Positions 1 through 12,897 of a stretch of 64,000 bases of DNA are shown piece after piece (the first letter of the stretch is position 1; every line of letters starts with the position of its first letter). The position numbers and the translations under genes are program-made. The DNA lies in contig CM120642.1 in NCBI GenBank assembly GCA_051362555.1, forward strand, positions 22,568,001 through 22,632,000, given 5' to 3'. Origin of the DNA: Lingula anatina. Lineage: Eukaryota > Animalia > Brachiopoda. The notes under the pieces were generated by a model. It worked only from the letters and a program-made list of their open reading frames with translations, made no database searches and had not been told where the DNA came from.

Positions 1-89
1 ATAAAAGGGCATGATTGTCAAACCTCTATCAAAGAATTAGAGCAAATTATGAAATTTATAAGTAAACATGATCTACACTTTTATTTCAG

Positions 90-3000
90 ATATTTTCACA
101 ATCTTAGATCCTGGTTCAAGCAAAAGGTAAGTAAGATTATCTAAAGATAAAAAACTTAAAATTAAGAGACATCTCTTTACTTTAAGTATAAAAGAGTATA
201 TGGCTTCACTTAATTAAATAATTCATTTAGATGAAAAGTATAGAATTTATGATTACAAAGGGTATGCGAACAATCTTCAATATTAATGGCACATGGGTAG
301 TATTTACTGCGGAAGGCAGGCTGGGCATTATAGTCTCTCTTTGCCATGAGGTGAAGCAGAAATAGCTGCAAATTGGTATCTATGGCGCACAGGTAGCCTT
401 CACAGCTGTTCTGTGAATAGAGGGCTCGGGACAAAACATTGTGATCTGAAGAAACCAATGCCCTTTGTAAAAAACCTGGAAACTATGGAACAGTTTCTTT
501 TTGAAAAACAGTTACAGCAATCAGAAACTATAGAAAATTGATTCTGATGTTGAGGAACCAGAATCTTTTTTTCATGGGGAAACGAGCAGACAAAGGGAGA
601 GGCCATGAGAGGTGATCTGCAGTAGGTTTCACTGTTAAAGTAAGGCTGGGTTTTATTCATGAGTACACTCTCTCATCGCTTTGAGGCAGCGAAAAACACC
701 AGTTGGTGTCAACGTAGCCTTTTATGTGGATAACGGTTTATAAAGGAAAGCTTGATATATTAGGAACATTCACTTTTTATTGCAGCTTAATTACCTCTCT
801 TGGTAAAGAAATTCCTACTGATGATGATGGTATTGTGCACCTCAAGCAAAACTACCGATCACAGTCTCACACCAAGTCCTCATTTAAAATACCTTAAAGG
901 ACAATGTTCATGTAAAAATCCATTTCTCGAATTTTGAAGATACAGCACTCAATCTATACACTAGAGGTATGTTTTAATCGATCCCCGCCATTTAAAAATT
1001 ATAAAAACAATCTATTAGTAGAAAAAAAAGCGTTTTAGTAAACCTCACCTCAATATGCAAAAATGAAGCAACAGATCTGGGTCACGTGGTACTGTGACGA
1101 CAATCACGATAAAGGTCTATGAGACTCAACTGAGCTGCATGGTGCATACTATACAGACGTAGAAGTTAAGGAAAGTTGTGTTGAACGGAGTTGAGGAATT
1201 TTCGTTATGCCTCGGTGTGTTGCCGTGGGATTCACCAAAATTGCAGCTCTCTTTGACAATCTTTCTTTGTCTGTGACGGTCTTCCGTGACTTACTAACTT
1301 CAGTGACAATAGTTGCGATGCTCTAGATCATGGTCACCTCAGGTGGTTTAGATCATATCAAGAGCTGGTAGTCTTTCAGATTAACTGTCATCAGTTGGCA
1401 AACTTACTGATTGCTGATGCATTTTAAATGCTTTGTAGTTGACCAAAAGCTCGTTTACAACAAACCTGTTAATTATGCACCGCTGCAATTCCCAAGCCAG
1501 GTAATAACAGGTATGAAACTCGTCTTGGTGGGCTTTCATATTTTTCAATATATCTCATTTATTTCATGGGGTTATTTTATTGGTATTTGTAAATGACGTT
1601 AAGTATCAATACTTAAACAATTAAGTTCAAACACGGTCGCGAACATAAATAAAAGAAATTGCTCTCAGGGTATCTTGAAGCTTCCGTGGAAGAAAACGTG
1701 TTGAGGAAAAACAGGAAAAAGAGCGTTATATTAAAGAAAAAATGGGAACTGCTATAATAAAATGGTTCGTTATCCTAATTCGTTTATGCTTTGAGGATTT
1801 GTTTCTGAAGATTATTTCATCTGAAATATTAAATAATTTAAAAGATTGATTATTTTATAACTTGAAACGCAAATTCTGCGTCAGTACGCAATTTTTTTTT
1901 TGCAAATTTGTAAGCTTATAACACCGTGCTATAAAGATCTACTCAAGAAAAAAATTTGCTTGGGTAAAATTGAGTACGGAATGAACTGGAGACACTTGGC
2001 TTGTCATTAAGTTTACACGAAAATATGTCAGGTAACTTTATACTGTCTTTGAAAGAGTAAAGATTGAAAGATAATTTTAGACAAACTTTGACGGGGGAAA
2101 TACCTACAAAGAGTAATGGGCTACTTCGCCAACATCTTGTTGAAAATTTTACACTGCAATTCTATTCAAATAAGCTAAGGAACTAATTGCCAAATTAATA
2201 CTCTCATCACATAACAGGGGGGTAACCAGACCTGCAAAAATTGTACGCACATATTTAAAAAGATTACAAGCACATACAGCAAAATGTAGACTTACGCAAA
2301 ACATGAAGGACAGCGTAATCACAGCAAATGTACCTCATATAGTAGCTTAATTTCCATTAATAATAAAATCATCATTTAAGTCAAAAATATTCTTGCGATT
2401 TAATAACTATTTTAATTTACCCAGAAAGGTATATTTATTTTAAAGGCGGTTAACTGAAATATAGTTTTATGATTTGTTTGTGAAAATTGCCCATGTCACC
2501 CTGTTAGTTTGGAGGTCTAAGCTGGATTAAGTCCGTGTTAAAATTCCTATGAAGTTGTGCAGGAAAAATTCTTCCTTTCTTTCTCTAGCTCCTCGATAAA
2601 CCTGGTGTTCAGATTTTATCTAGTACCCCCAGGTCTACGGGAGCTGCGCTTTGTAACTAACGCACAGGTAGATTTTTACCTGAGATAACTGGAGTAAAGC
2701 TTAGATAGAGAGTGCGTTCGATACAAGCAAGACAAATTGAATGCCATTTAACCCTCTAATTAAGAGGTAAAGGAAGTTCCAGGTAGATGGATGATTAAGA
2801 TAGGACTTGTAAAGGTAACAGGAATTGTTTACCTCAGTTTAATAAAAGTATGCAAGACGGAGTGTCAGCGGTTTAATAAAATAAATTGAATTTCACAAAT
2901 AACATGGACCTCATATGCAATAATCAACATTTCTCTTAACTCATTCAAATGCAGTGTTTTATACAACTTGGGATAACCATAATGAAATGCTTGTTAAAGA

Positions 3001-6000
3001 AATGACTAGACGGGAAATGGTTTTACACAGCTTCACGAGGATTTAGACCCCTCGGGTAAGAGATTTGAATGAGTATAAACTTTTATCAGAAGCCAGAGAA
3101 GTCATCTTACAGGTGGACAATGCAGCTCAGTTTGACAGCTAAGCACGCTCTGTTCTCCAGTGGCTCGATTGTCTTCATTGGACCACGTGACCACATAGCT
3201 CATTAACTCCCAGGCCGAGCAAATAGGACGTTTTTTAAAGCCAAAAATTTACAAAATGAGCTTTTAATTTGTGTATTTGGATAAAGATATCGTTAGTTGG
3301 GCATGTTTTCTGAAGAATATGTTCCGTTCAGGCCATTCTGACGGCATGAAGCAAACCCTTTAACGTAACAATGCATGTCTTAGTTGATTCTTTTATTATC
3401 TTAATGAAACCCCCCTTAATGATGATAATAATGCTGTTTTGCACCCCAAGCCAACTGTATTGACTGTTATCTTGCACTTTGGGCAGCACATACAGTGCTT
3501 AGGTAAAGGTACACTAGTAGACTTTACGAAAAGCATCGGACCACGGGTCATGCATGACAAGTTTTGTCTCAGTCTGGGATAAAAGATAAGTCTTTAGTGC
3601 TATACTGACTTAAAAGCTTAGCATTTACAGAAATGTCATAATTTAATTGCTGTTTGGTGGTAAGAATAGCATATTAGTTTCTCAAATTTCTCTTCTACCT
3701 GAGCACCCACGAACACTGTTCAAATGCCAACAAGATGACAGCACTTAGTACTTCAAAACCCTGCAAGAGATTTTTATAAAAAGCCTTCAGATTTTATTGT
3801 TAATGAAGGAAAATAATGCCTTTGTTTTTTTAAGTACAGACACAGATGTGTCTGTACATATAGCCATCACCTGCATCTGTCGTCGTCGTCATTGTCACCG
3901 TGCACTTTCACCACCGATAACATGATAAGTGAAAAACTGTTTTACCTTTTGGCTTGAAACTTACAGAACTGATGAACTTTTATAATAGGTAGGTCAAGTT
4001 CGAAAATCAGCATGATCGGGTCATTTTTAGGGAACTTATGCTGTTTTTTCACTCTTTTCAGCATATATGCAGCACCGATAACATGATAAGTGGAAAACCA
4101 TTTTACCTTTTGGCTTGAAACTTACAGAAGTGATGAATATTCATAATACACAGATCAAGTTTGAAAATCAGCATGATAGGGCAATTTTTTTTTTTTTTTT
4201 CAGCATTTTTATAACACTGATAACATGATAAGTGTAAAAATGATTTTCCTTTTGGATTGAAACTTACAGAACTTATGAATATTCATAATACGCAGGTCAA
4301 GTTCGAAAATTGGCTTGATTGAACTATTTTTACAAAAGTTCTGCTGTTTTTTTCCATAATTCAGCATATATGCAACACTGATAATGCATTTTAAGGAAAA
4401 CCAATCAGCCTTTTGTCTTGAAACTCACAGGAGTGATCAGTCTGACTAGTATACAGATCTAGTTTGAAAATAAGCTTGATCAGTTAAGTTTTGTTGAAGT
4501 TATTAGCCTTTTTGTATATAAGTGGTTTTTCTTCAGATTTAATTCTTAGGCATGTTTACAGTCTCATTATGGAACGAATTAGATATGTAAAAGTGTTGTT
4601 TTGACATTTTCTGCTTCTTAAAAATATTGTTAGTTGATTATATAAAAATGACGGTACACCTTTTATTGTGCATTGTGTAATAAAGTATCAAAAATGGAAA
4701 GGAAGTCATATCATTGCAGTTCGTCAGATTCAATCATTCACTAAGTTAAGAATCTCAGACTGGAGCAAGTTAGACATTTAAATATGTTCTATTGATATTT
4801 TTCCTTTGACAACATTTTTTAATTGATCATATAAAAATGACAGTAAATTGATTATTTTGTTTTATGTAAAAATGTTTTATTTTGTTTTATGTTTTATGTA
4901 AATATGTTGAAAATGGAAATAAACTCTTTTCAATACAGTTTTCTCTTGTTTAGATTTTGGGATTTTCAAAGTGTGACTCTGAACTCTATGGGCTAGTCAC
5001 ATTTTCTGAATATCCGTGATAGTTTTATTTTATCATTAAAAAACTGATGTTATTATGCTGTTAAGCATTGTGTAATATTGCATCAAAATTAAACAAAACC
5101 CTATTTTGGGCACTGCCTCCGTAGTGACCTTTAAAGGAAAACCATGTCACTTGCTCTTTTCACACTTAAAGGAAAGAAACATAGGACTAAAATACAGCTT
5201 CAGTTGGAAAATCTGTCTCATTAGTTAATTTTCTGGAAGTTATAAAGATTTTTTGTGAAAATTTTTATCTTTCACATACTGGAATTTTCAGTGTGGGACT
5301 TGGAGCTCCCTTGGACATGAAGCCCAGTGGTAATCAAATTTTCTTAATGTCCATGTTTTTAATAGTAGATATTTAAAAATTGGTGGCATTTATACAGTTA
5401 ATCATTATGTAATGTTGCATCAAAATTGACAAAAAACCTACTTTGTGCACTGCCACCATTAAGGTTATGGAAAGAAAACTGTTACTTTCTATTTTTTCAA
5501 CTTGTCTTACAAGAATGATTCTTAGGATTGACATACAGCTCACATTAGAAAACCAGCTCTATTGGATTATCATTTTTATTAAATTTATGCATTTTTTGTG
5601 AAATTTTCATTTTTCTCATTCTGGCACTTTCTAAGTATAAACTTGAACTCTGATGGACCTGAAGACTCATGCTTGTACTTTCGTCGGTGTTACCTGTTGT
5701 GCATAATTAAAATTTGATGTTGACTGTGCAGTTAAACATAATGTATTATTGCATCAGAATTGGTAGTCTCCTATTTTGTGCATTATTGTTTTGTGCTTTT
5801 CTTAAGGTGTGACTTATGGGCCTGAAGACCTTTGAGAGGGCCAGTCTGTAAATTTCCCTTGGGTATCACTAGGCTAAGTTCAGAGTTTTAAAGTCATTTG
5901 CCTAATTAATAGGCCATTAAATGAGATTACATAAAGCACACTTGTTGATATTTCCCTGTAAACTCCCAAAGGTTAAGCTCTCTGCTAGATTAATAATAAG

Positions 6001-9000
6001 GAAGCAGAGATTAATAATAAGGAAGCAGTGATAATTATGCAGGTAAATTTTGTTTAGTATTGCAAATAAGTTTTTAATATATATATATATCAAACTCAAA
6101 GATTAAAAGTTTGAATAGCAGCTTCATTGGAATAATATTTACCTCTGCCAAGGAGGTTATGTTTTCACCCCTGTTTTTCTGTCATCAACATAACTCAAAA
6201 GTTATGGACCGAATTTTATGAAATTTTCAGGAACTGTCAGAAGTGGGTCAAGGAGGACAATGATTAGTTTTTGGTGGTGGTTCAGATCAATAATCAATCA
6301 ATAATCAAAAATTGCTGCCTTGGCAGAGGTCTGCGCTCTCGGAGTGGTTTTCTAGTTTTGCTATGTTTTCCTTTTTAATTTTTTCTCAAACACTGGCATA
6401 TTTGACTTGACTCCCATCCGCCTGAGGCTCTGCACATTTTCTGTATTTCCACATAAGCAGTTGTATTGGTTTTTATGTCTTAAAACATTGTGTAATATTA
6501 TTTTATGCACTGTCATCATTTTTCAAATATTGGGACTTTCATCATGTGAATTTGAACTCTCATGGTCCTGAAACTGTAATCTTATTGAAGGAATGGATTG
6601 AGACCATCTTCTGGGTCTTCCGGAAGACGGTAAGTTTTTTAAGTTTATATTGACCGGTATCTATTTTTTTTCTGTTGGAAGACCATCAAAATAGAGGATG
6701 GATCAACATAGATACTTTGGAATACTGTCAGAAAATATCTCTGGGTCCGCTCCTGTTATTGACCATGTTACCTGTTGTGCATGATTCAGATTCAGTGTTG
6801 ACTGACAGTGCTATTATATGCATTATTTATTATTGTATCAAAATTGACAAAATGACCTATTTTGCAACTTTATTTTCTGTTTTTTGTCTGTACATTTGAC
6901 AGCTTTGCTGCCTTGTTTTAATCTGTAATTAGGGGCTCATAACTCCATATCAAAAGCAATTAAACCAAAATGACGTCACTTGATTGAAGCTTTTACACCT
7001 GCCGTCACCTATGCTAATTGTACCACCAGCGTTAGCGCTGGCGGTACACATGGTTTCGGTCCCGTCCGGATCGTTCCGCCGGCTCCGCCGGCTCCGCCGG
7101 ACGGCTACCGTTACCGCTTCTCCTCCTAGACGGTAAGGGCCCCCGTACCCATCTCATGGATTTAGGTCAACTATAATCTCAACTCGTTCCACGTAAAATT
7201 TGGGCTTTGTCGGTATTGGGGTCTGGGTGTGGCACTCATTACAATGCACCCTTGTCTAAAAATGGCAAAATTAAATGCTAATTATCTACCCTACGGAAGG
7301 AGTTATGGGAAAAATTTCTATAGACGGCTTTCCAAAAGTTATATGTATAGATTTCAAATATACCCTTGGATTTGACCTTTGACCTTTACTTCAAGGTCAA
7401 ATGGGCCAAAATTTTCAAAAAAATGAAATTTTTTACGAAAAAAATTTTTTTGGCCCTGTTATTCAGACACTACACAGACTTAACCAATAATATTATTGGA
7501 AAGTGTTACCCTTCAGGTCATCTTTCATCTCTATGAATTTGGAGTCAATCGGTGCATTTTCACGGGAGTAGCGGCCATAAGATACCGAAACTGAAAACTG
7601 TCTCTAATTCGGGAACCGTTAATGCTAGAGACCCATTCTTTTTTGCATTTTGTAGAGCATGTAAAGCCCAACACTGGAGGTGGTCTCGGTTTTTTTGTAT
7701 TCCATACGGTTTTCGAGTTACGCTGTATCAAAAAGTACATATTGGTGGTAAAAGCAAAATGTGCAGTACGGTAATGGATAATAAATTTTGAACTCTGGAA
7801 AAATAAAATATAAGGCTTGGCAAAGCAGACAACTTGTGTTCAAAAATGACATTATTTCATCAAATTTGAACTTCTGAAACTTCAGAGCACCTCCTATTTC
7901 AAGAATTTTGACCAAAATAACATTTTCTTTATTTTAATTAATTTTTTCTGTACGAAATTTAAGGCACATTATGGTAACTCCAAAATTATAACATTTAGTC
8001 CCTTATATCTCCAAAACTGGCAGAGATAGGTCCATAGTTACTATTGAAGTTGAATAGGAAGTCATATACTGGCTATCTTTCTGTGACCTTGAAATTGACC
8101 TTTGACCTACTTTTCACCATGAACTGAACTTTGCAAATTTTGCTTCCCTTTTATCTCCAAAACTGGCTGAGATAGGTCCGTAGTTACTATTGAACTTGAA
8201 TAGAAAGTCATATACTGGCAATCTAAATGTGACCTTGAAATTGACCTTTGACCTACTTTTCACCATGAATTGAACTTTGCAAATTTTGCTTTCCTTTTAT
8301 CTCCAAAACTGGCAGAGATAGGTCCATAGTTACTATTGAACTTGAATAGGAAGTCATATACTGGCAATCTATATGTGACCTTAAAATTGACCTTTGACCT
8401 ACTTTTCACCATGAACTGAACTTTGCAAATTTTGCTTCCCTTTTATCTCCAAAACTGGCAGAGATAGGTCCATAGTTACTATGGAACTTGAATAGGAAGT
8501 CATATACTGGCAATCTAAATGTGATCTTAAAATTGACCTTTGACCTACTTTTCACCATGAACTGAACTTTGCAAATTTTGCTTCCCTTTTATCTCCAAAA
8601 CTGGCAGAGATAGGTCCGTAGTTACTATTGAACTTGAATAGGAAGTCATATACTGGCAATCTAAATGTGACCTTGAAATTTACCTTTGACCTACTTTTCA
8701 CCATGAACTGAACTTTGCAAATTTTGCTTTCCTTTTATCTCCAAAACTGGCAGAGATAGGTCCGTAGTTACTATTGAACTTGAATAGGAAGTCATATACT
8801 GGCAATCTATATGTGACCTTAAAATTGACCTTTGACCTACTTTTCACCATGAATTGAACTTTGCAAATTTTGCTTTTCTTTTATCTCCAAAACTGGCAGA
8901 GATAGGTCCGTAGTTACTATTGAACTTGAATAGGAAGTCATATACTGGCAATCTATATGTGACCTTAAAATTGACCTTTGACCTACTTTTCACCATGAAC

Positions 9001-12000
9001 TGAACTTTCCAAATTTTGCTTCCCTTTTATCTCCAAAACTGGCAGAGATAGGTCCATAGTTACTATTGAACTTGAATAGGAAGTCATATACTGGCAATCT
9101 AAATGTGACCTTAAAATTGACCTTTGAACTAATTTACACCATGAACTGAATTTTGCAAATTTTGCTTTTCTTTTATCTCCAAAACTGGCTGAGATAGGTC
9201 CGTAGTTACTATTGAACTTGAATAGAAAGTCATATACTGGCAATCTAAATGTGACCTTGAAATTGACCTTTGACCTACTTTTCACCATGAATTGAACTTT
9301 GCAAATTTTGCTTTCCTTTTATCTCCAAAACTGGCAGAGATAGGTCCGTAGTTACTATTGAACTTGAATAGGAAGTCATATACTGGCAATCTATATGTGA
9401 CCTTAAAATTGACCTTTGACCTACTTTTCACCATGAACTGAACTTTGCAAATTTTGCTTTCCTTTTATCTCCAAAACTGGCAGAGATAGGTCCGTAGTTA
9501 CTATTGAACTTGAAGAGGAAGTCATATACTGGCAATCTATATGTGACCTTAAAATTGACCTTTGACCTACTTTTCACCATGAACTGAACTTTGCAAATTT
9601 TGCTTTCCTTTTATCTCCAAAACTGGCAGAGATAGGTCCGTAGTTACTATTGAACTTGAATAGGAAGTCATATACTGGCAATCTATATGTGACCTTAAAA
9701 TTGACTTTTGACCTACTTTTCACCATGAACTGAACTTTGCAAATTTTGCTTCCCTTTTATCTCCAAAACTGGCAGAGATAGGTCCGTAGTTACTATTGAA
9801 CTTGAATAGGAAGTCATATACTGGCAATCTAAATGTGACCTTAAAATTGACCTTTGACCTACTTTACACCATGAACTGAATTTTGCAAATTTTGCTTTTC
9901 TTTTATCTCCAAAACTGGCTGAGATAGGTCCATAGTTACTATTGAACTTGAATAGAAAGTCATATACTGACAGACATGCTGAAAACTTTTCAGAACTGCC
10001 GGACAATCGGACCGGCAGTGATGAAAACTTTGCCGGACCGAATGGACTTTTGCCGGACCGAAAATGTCCATTCAGTAATGGAAACGTTTTGTTGCATAGT
10101 AGTACACAGAAGTAACTCTTGTAAATACATATTCAGTAATACTATTAAATAATTTGGACATGTTGTAAATTAAAAAAAAAAAAAACAAAAACACACACTT
10201 GTGAAGCACTGCTTTATTGTTGTACTCATTTCACAAGTTCCAGGGTTCATACAGGCCTTTAGAAGAGCTTGATTTTGTTTCTTCCTTTGAAAGTCCTTGA
10301 ATTTCACACTTAGTCCTTTGTCCTTTAATTCAATAGTGCACGTACGGCTTAAAGAAATTCATCATATATTTCACATCCCTGTCATAAATTTAGGTTAATT
10401 ATAAATTTTATCATGATCAATTTCTCAAAAAAATTAATATTGTTTCAAATTGAAATGAATTTGATAAAAAATTAAATGAAAAAAAATCATTTCCACTGTT
10501 CAACAGTAGCAAAATTTGCTCTTGGTCTATTTCTCCTTTCCTTGAAAATAATTTGCAAATTTTGATGCTACACAAACAGTAAAGATTGTAGTCCGAATGG
10601 GAGTGCCAATGCATGAAACATGCTAGCCACTTCACTGTATCTGTCTCATCTGCATGGAAACGAACGGCTTCCTGGTCAGGACTCGACGATATCATAATCT
10701 AAAATAATAAAAATGTACATACTGATAATATGAAAACTGTAACTGGTACTGGTAACAGGTATCGCGTTTATGCTTACGGGATATTTAAAATCTGTGAACC
10801 ATTATGTTCATACACCACGGATCGAGTTTTTTCGGTAGGTTCGCGGAAGCGACCGAACTGTCAAACTTTTTTTACGTTAAACGTCGCAATGCGGAAGGCA
10901 CTGAATGCAAACGAAAGTACCCATTAGTTAAATATCGTTACAATCACCATTGATTACGCATAATATTCAGTCCTATATAATTCTGAAATCGTTTTTACTG
11001 AGTGAATCGGGTGACCTCATTTACATGTAGGCTACTATCAACGCTTTTTTCTCCCTAAAAGAACGAATAACGATGTATACGTACCTTCGAAGGTCAGGCG
11101 TCATTATCCTTGGTTCCTATATGAATAATTGTTCTTGAGAAAGGAGTCAGGCGTCCAAGTTAAGCAGTAAACATTTTTTCCTGCATGTTTACATGTGCTT
11201 GGCAGCGTGGACCGCCCTCGTGATAGCTGTCTGTGTGTCGCGGCCAATATACCAATGACGGGGCGCGTAATTATCGAGAGCAGGTGGATTCCCCATGGGG
11301 AAGAACCCATTCGTTTGAGAGAGGGATAATACGATTGGCTAGCGTACTTTGTAAGTGAATGTGACCGAAATGTGGTCATTTTTACGTGTCACTAGATTAG
11401 TAAATGGAAGAAAAAATGATGTGGATTTTATATAATTTTATTTCTGAAGCACATCGAACGCTAACTGTTAATTCAAAATGGCGGCTCTTAAAACTCTTGT
11501 CGGTCCTTTGGACCGACAAAGTACAATATTTTACCGGTCCAGACCAATTTTGCCGGTCATGACCGATCGGACCGACAGTTTCAGCATGTCTGATACTGGC
11601 AATCTAAATGTGACCTTAAAATTTACCTTTAACCTACTTTTCACCATAAACTGAACTTTGCAAATTTTGCTTCCCTTTTATCTCCAAAACTGGCAGAGAT
11701 AGGTCCATAGTTACTATTGAACTTGAATAGGAAGTCATATACTGGCAATCTAAATGTGACCTTAAAATTGACCTTTGACCTACTTTTCACCATGAACTGA
11801 ACTTTGCAAATTTTGCTTTCCTTTTGTCTCCAAAACTGGCAGAGATAGGTCCATAGTTACTCTTGAACTTGAATAGGAAGTCATATACTGGCAATTTACT
11901 GTGACCTTGAAATTGACCCTTGACCTATCTTACGAAGAACTTAAATTTGATTGTACCATATATATTTTTTGCAAAAGTTTAAAAATTCTTGTTGATTGCA

Positions 12001-12844
12001 TTTTTACAGCTTGTCAAGCACAAAACTGGTGCCTGTGTCCCTTATTTTGTGTATGTGGGGGTCTATACGAATGCGCTTGCTCCAGCTGGTGGTACAATAT
12101 TCGGAGGCGGTATCGCCTCTCTGATCCTCTAGTTTCTGAGATAAGGTAGATGCATTATTGAATAATTAGATGCAGGAAATAATTATTATAAACCCTGTCA
12201 ATATCCAGATCTCTTACAGCTGTCACTTGAACATTTTGACAATTTCAGTTGATATATTAAGAAAAACACCGTATACCTATAATAAAGACCTGCATTTAAC
12301 ACCAAGATATTTGAATTTAAATGAAAAAGGGTGTTCAAGAGCCCTTTTACACAAACAAGGTCAATATTATGAAAAACAAGACCAAAATTGCCTGAAAAAA
12401 GTTCTAGATAATAACAGTGTAGAAAAATTATAGCTACTGCTACTAATGGGGTTATTCCAAGTTTCAAGGTGCACTCTATAAACACTACTCAAAGTTTGAC
12501 CTCCTGTTTTTTTGATAGATGTCAAGAGAAGACTTTGATTTGGAGGCCAGAAGATTGCTCACACGGGAGGCAGGTCAGTATCTTATTGTTGGAACAAATA
12601 TTTTAAATAATAATTTTAATAATTTGCATCTGGCATGACATCTGTAGGTAGACCAGTTTAAGGATGCTATCAGAAGAGACATGAAGTCCTGTTACATAAG
12701 CTGAACCAACTTAAAAATATGCCAAATGATAAAAGTATAAATGTAAAGTGATTTCCAGAATTGATGCAAATATGCTATTGTATTAAAAGGTAGAAAAGTG
12801 CCACTTACACACTTTTTTTGGGGGATGGGGGTACATGTTATTGT

Positions 12845-12897
<53 letters not shown>

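Larger units (their letters stand above)
7017..12132 (+). mobile_element. Helitron/Helentron-like non-autonomous element (HINE type), family A, carrying a 146-bp tandem array
   Basis: 5' subTIR ATTGTACCACCAGC with nearby IR GCTGGCGGTACA (7037-7048), then a CCGGCTCCG microrepeat and a central array. The 3' end has subTIR GCTGGTGGTACAAT (12085-12098), hairpin GAGGCG-GTAT-CGCCTC (12104-12119) and CTAG (12129-12132). Confidence 0.8.

Noticed and set aside
2400-2920. Possible MITE with inner inverted repeat (GCTTTGTAACTAACGCAC / GTGCGTTCGATACAAGC)
   Set aside because: Termini and TSD could not be defined.
8983-10071. ORFs of 70-101 aa in the array
   Set aside because: They are chance open frames of the repeat unit, with repeated peptides and no domain.
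8005-11925. CRISPR-like regular array
   Set aside because: Whole 146-bp units repeat with no unique spacers, there are no cas genes, and the context is a eukaryotic intron.
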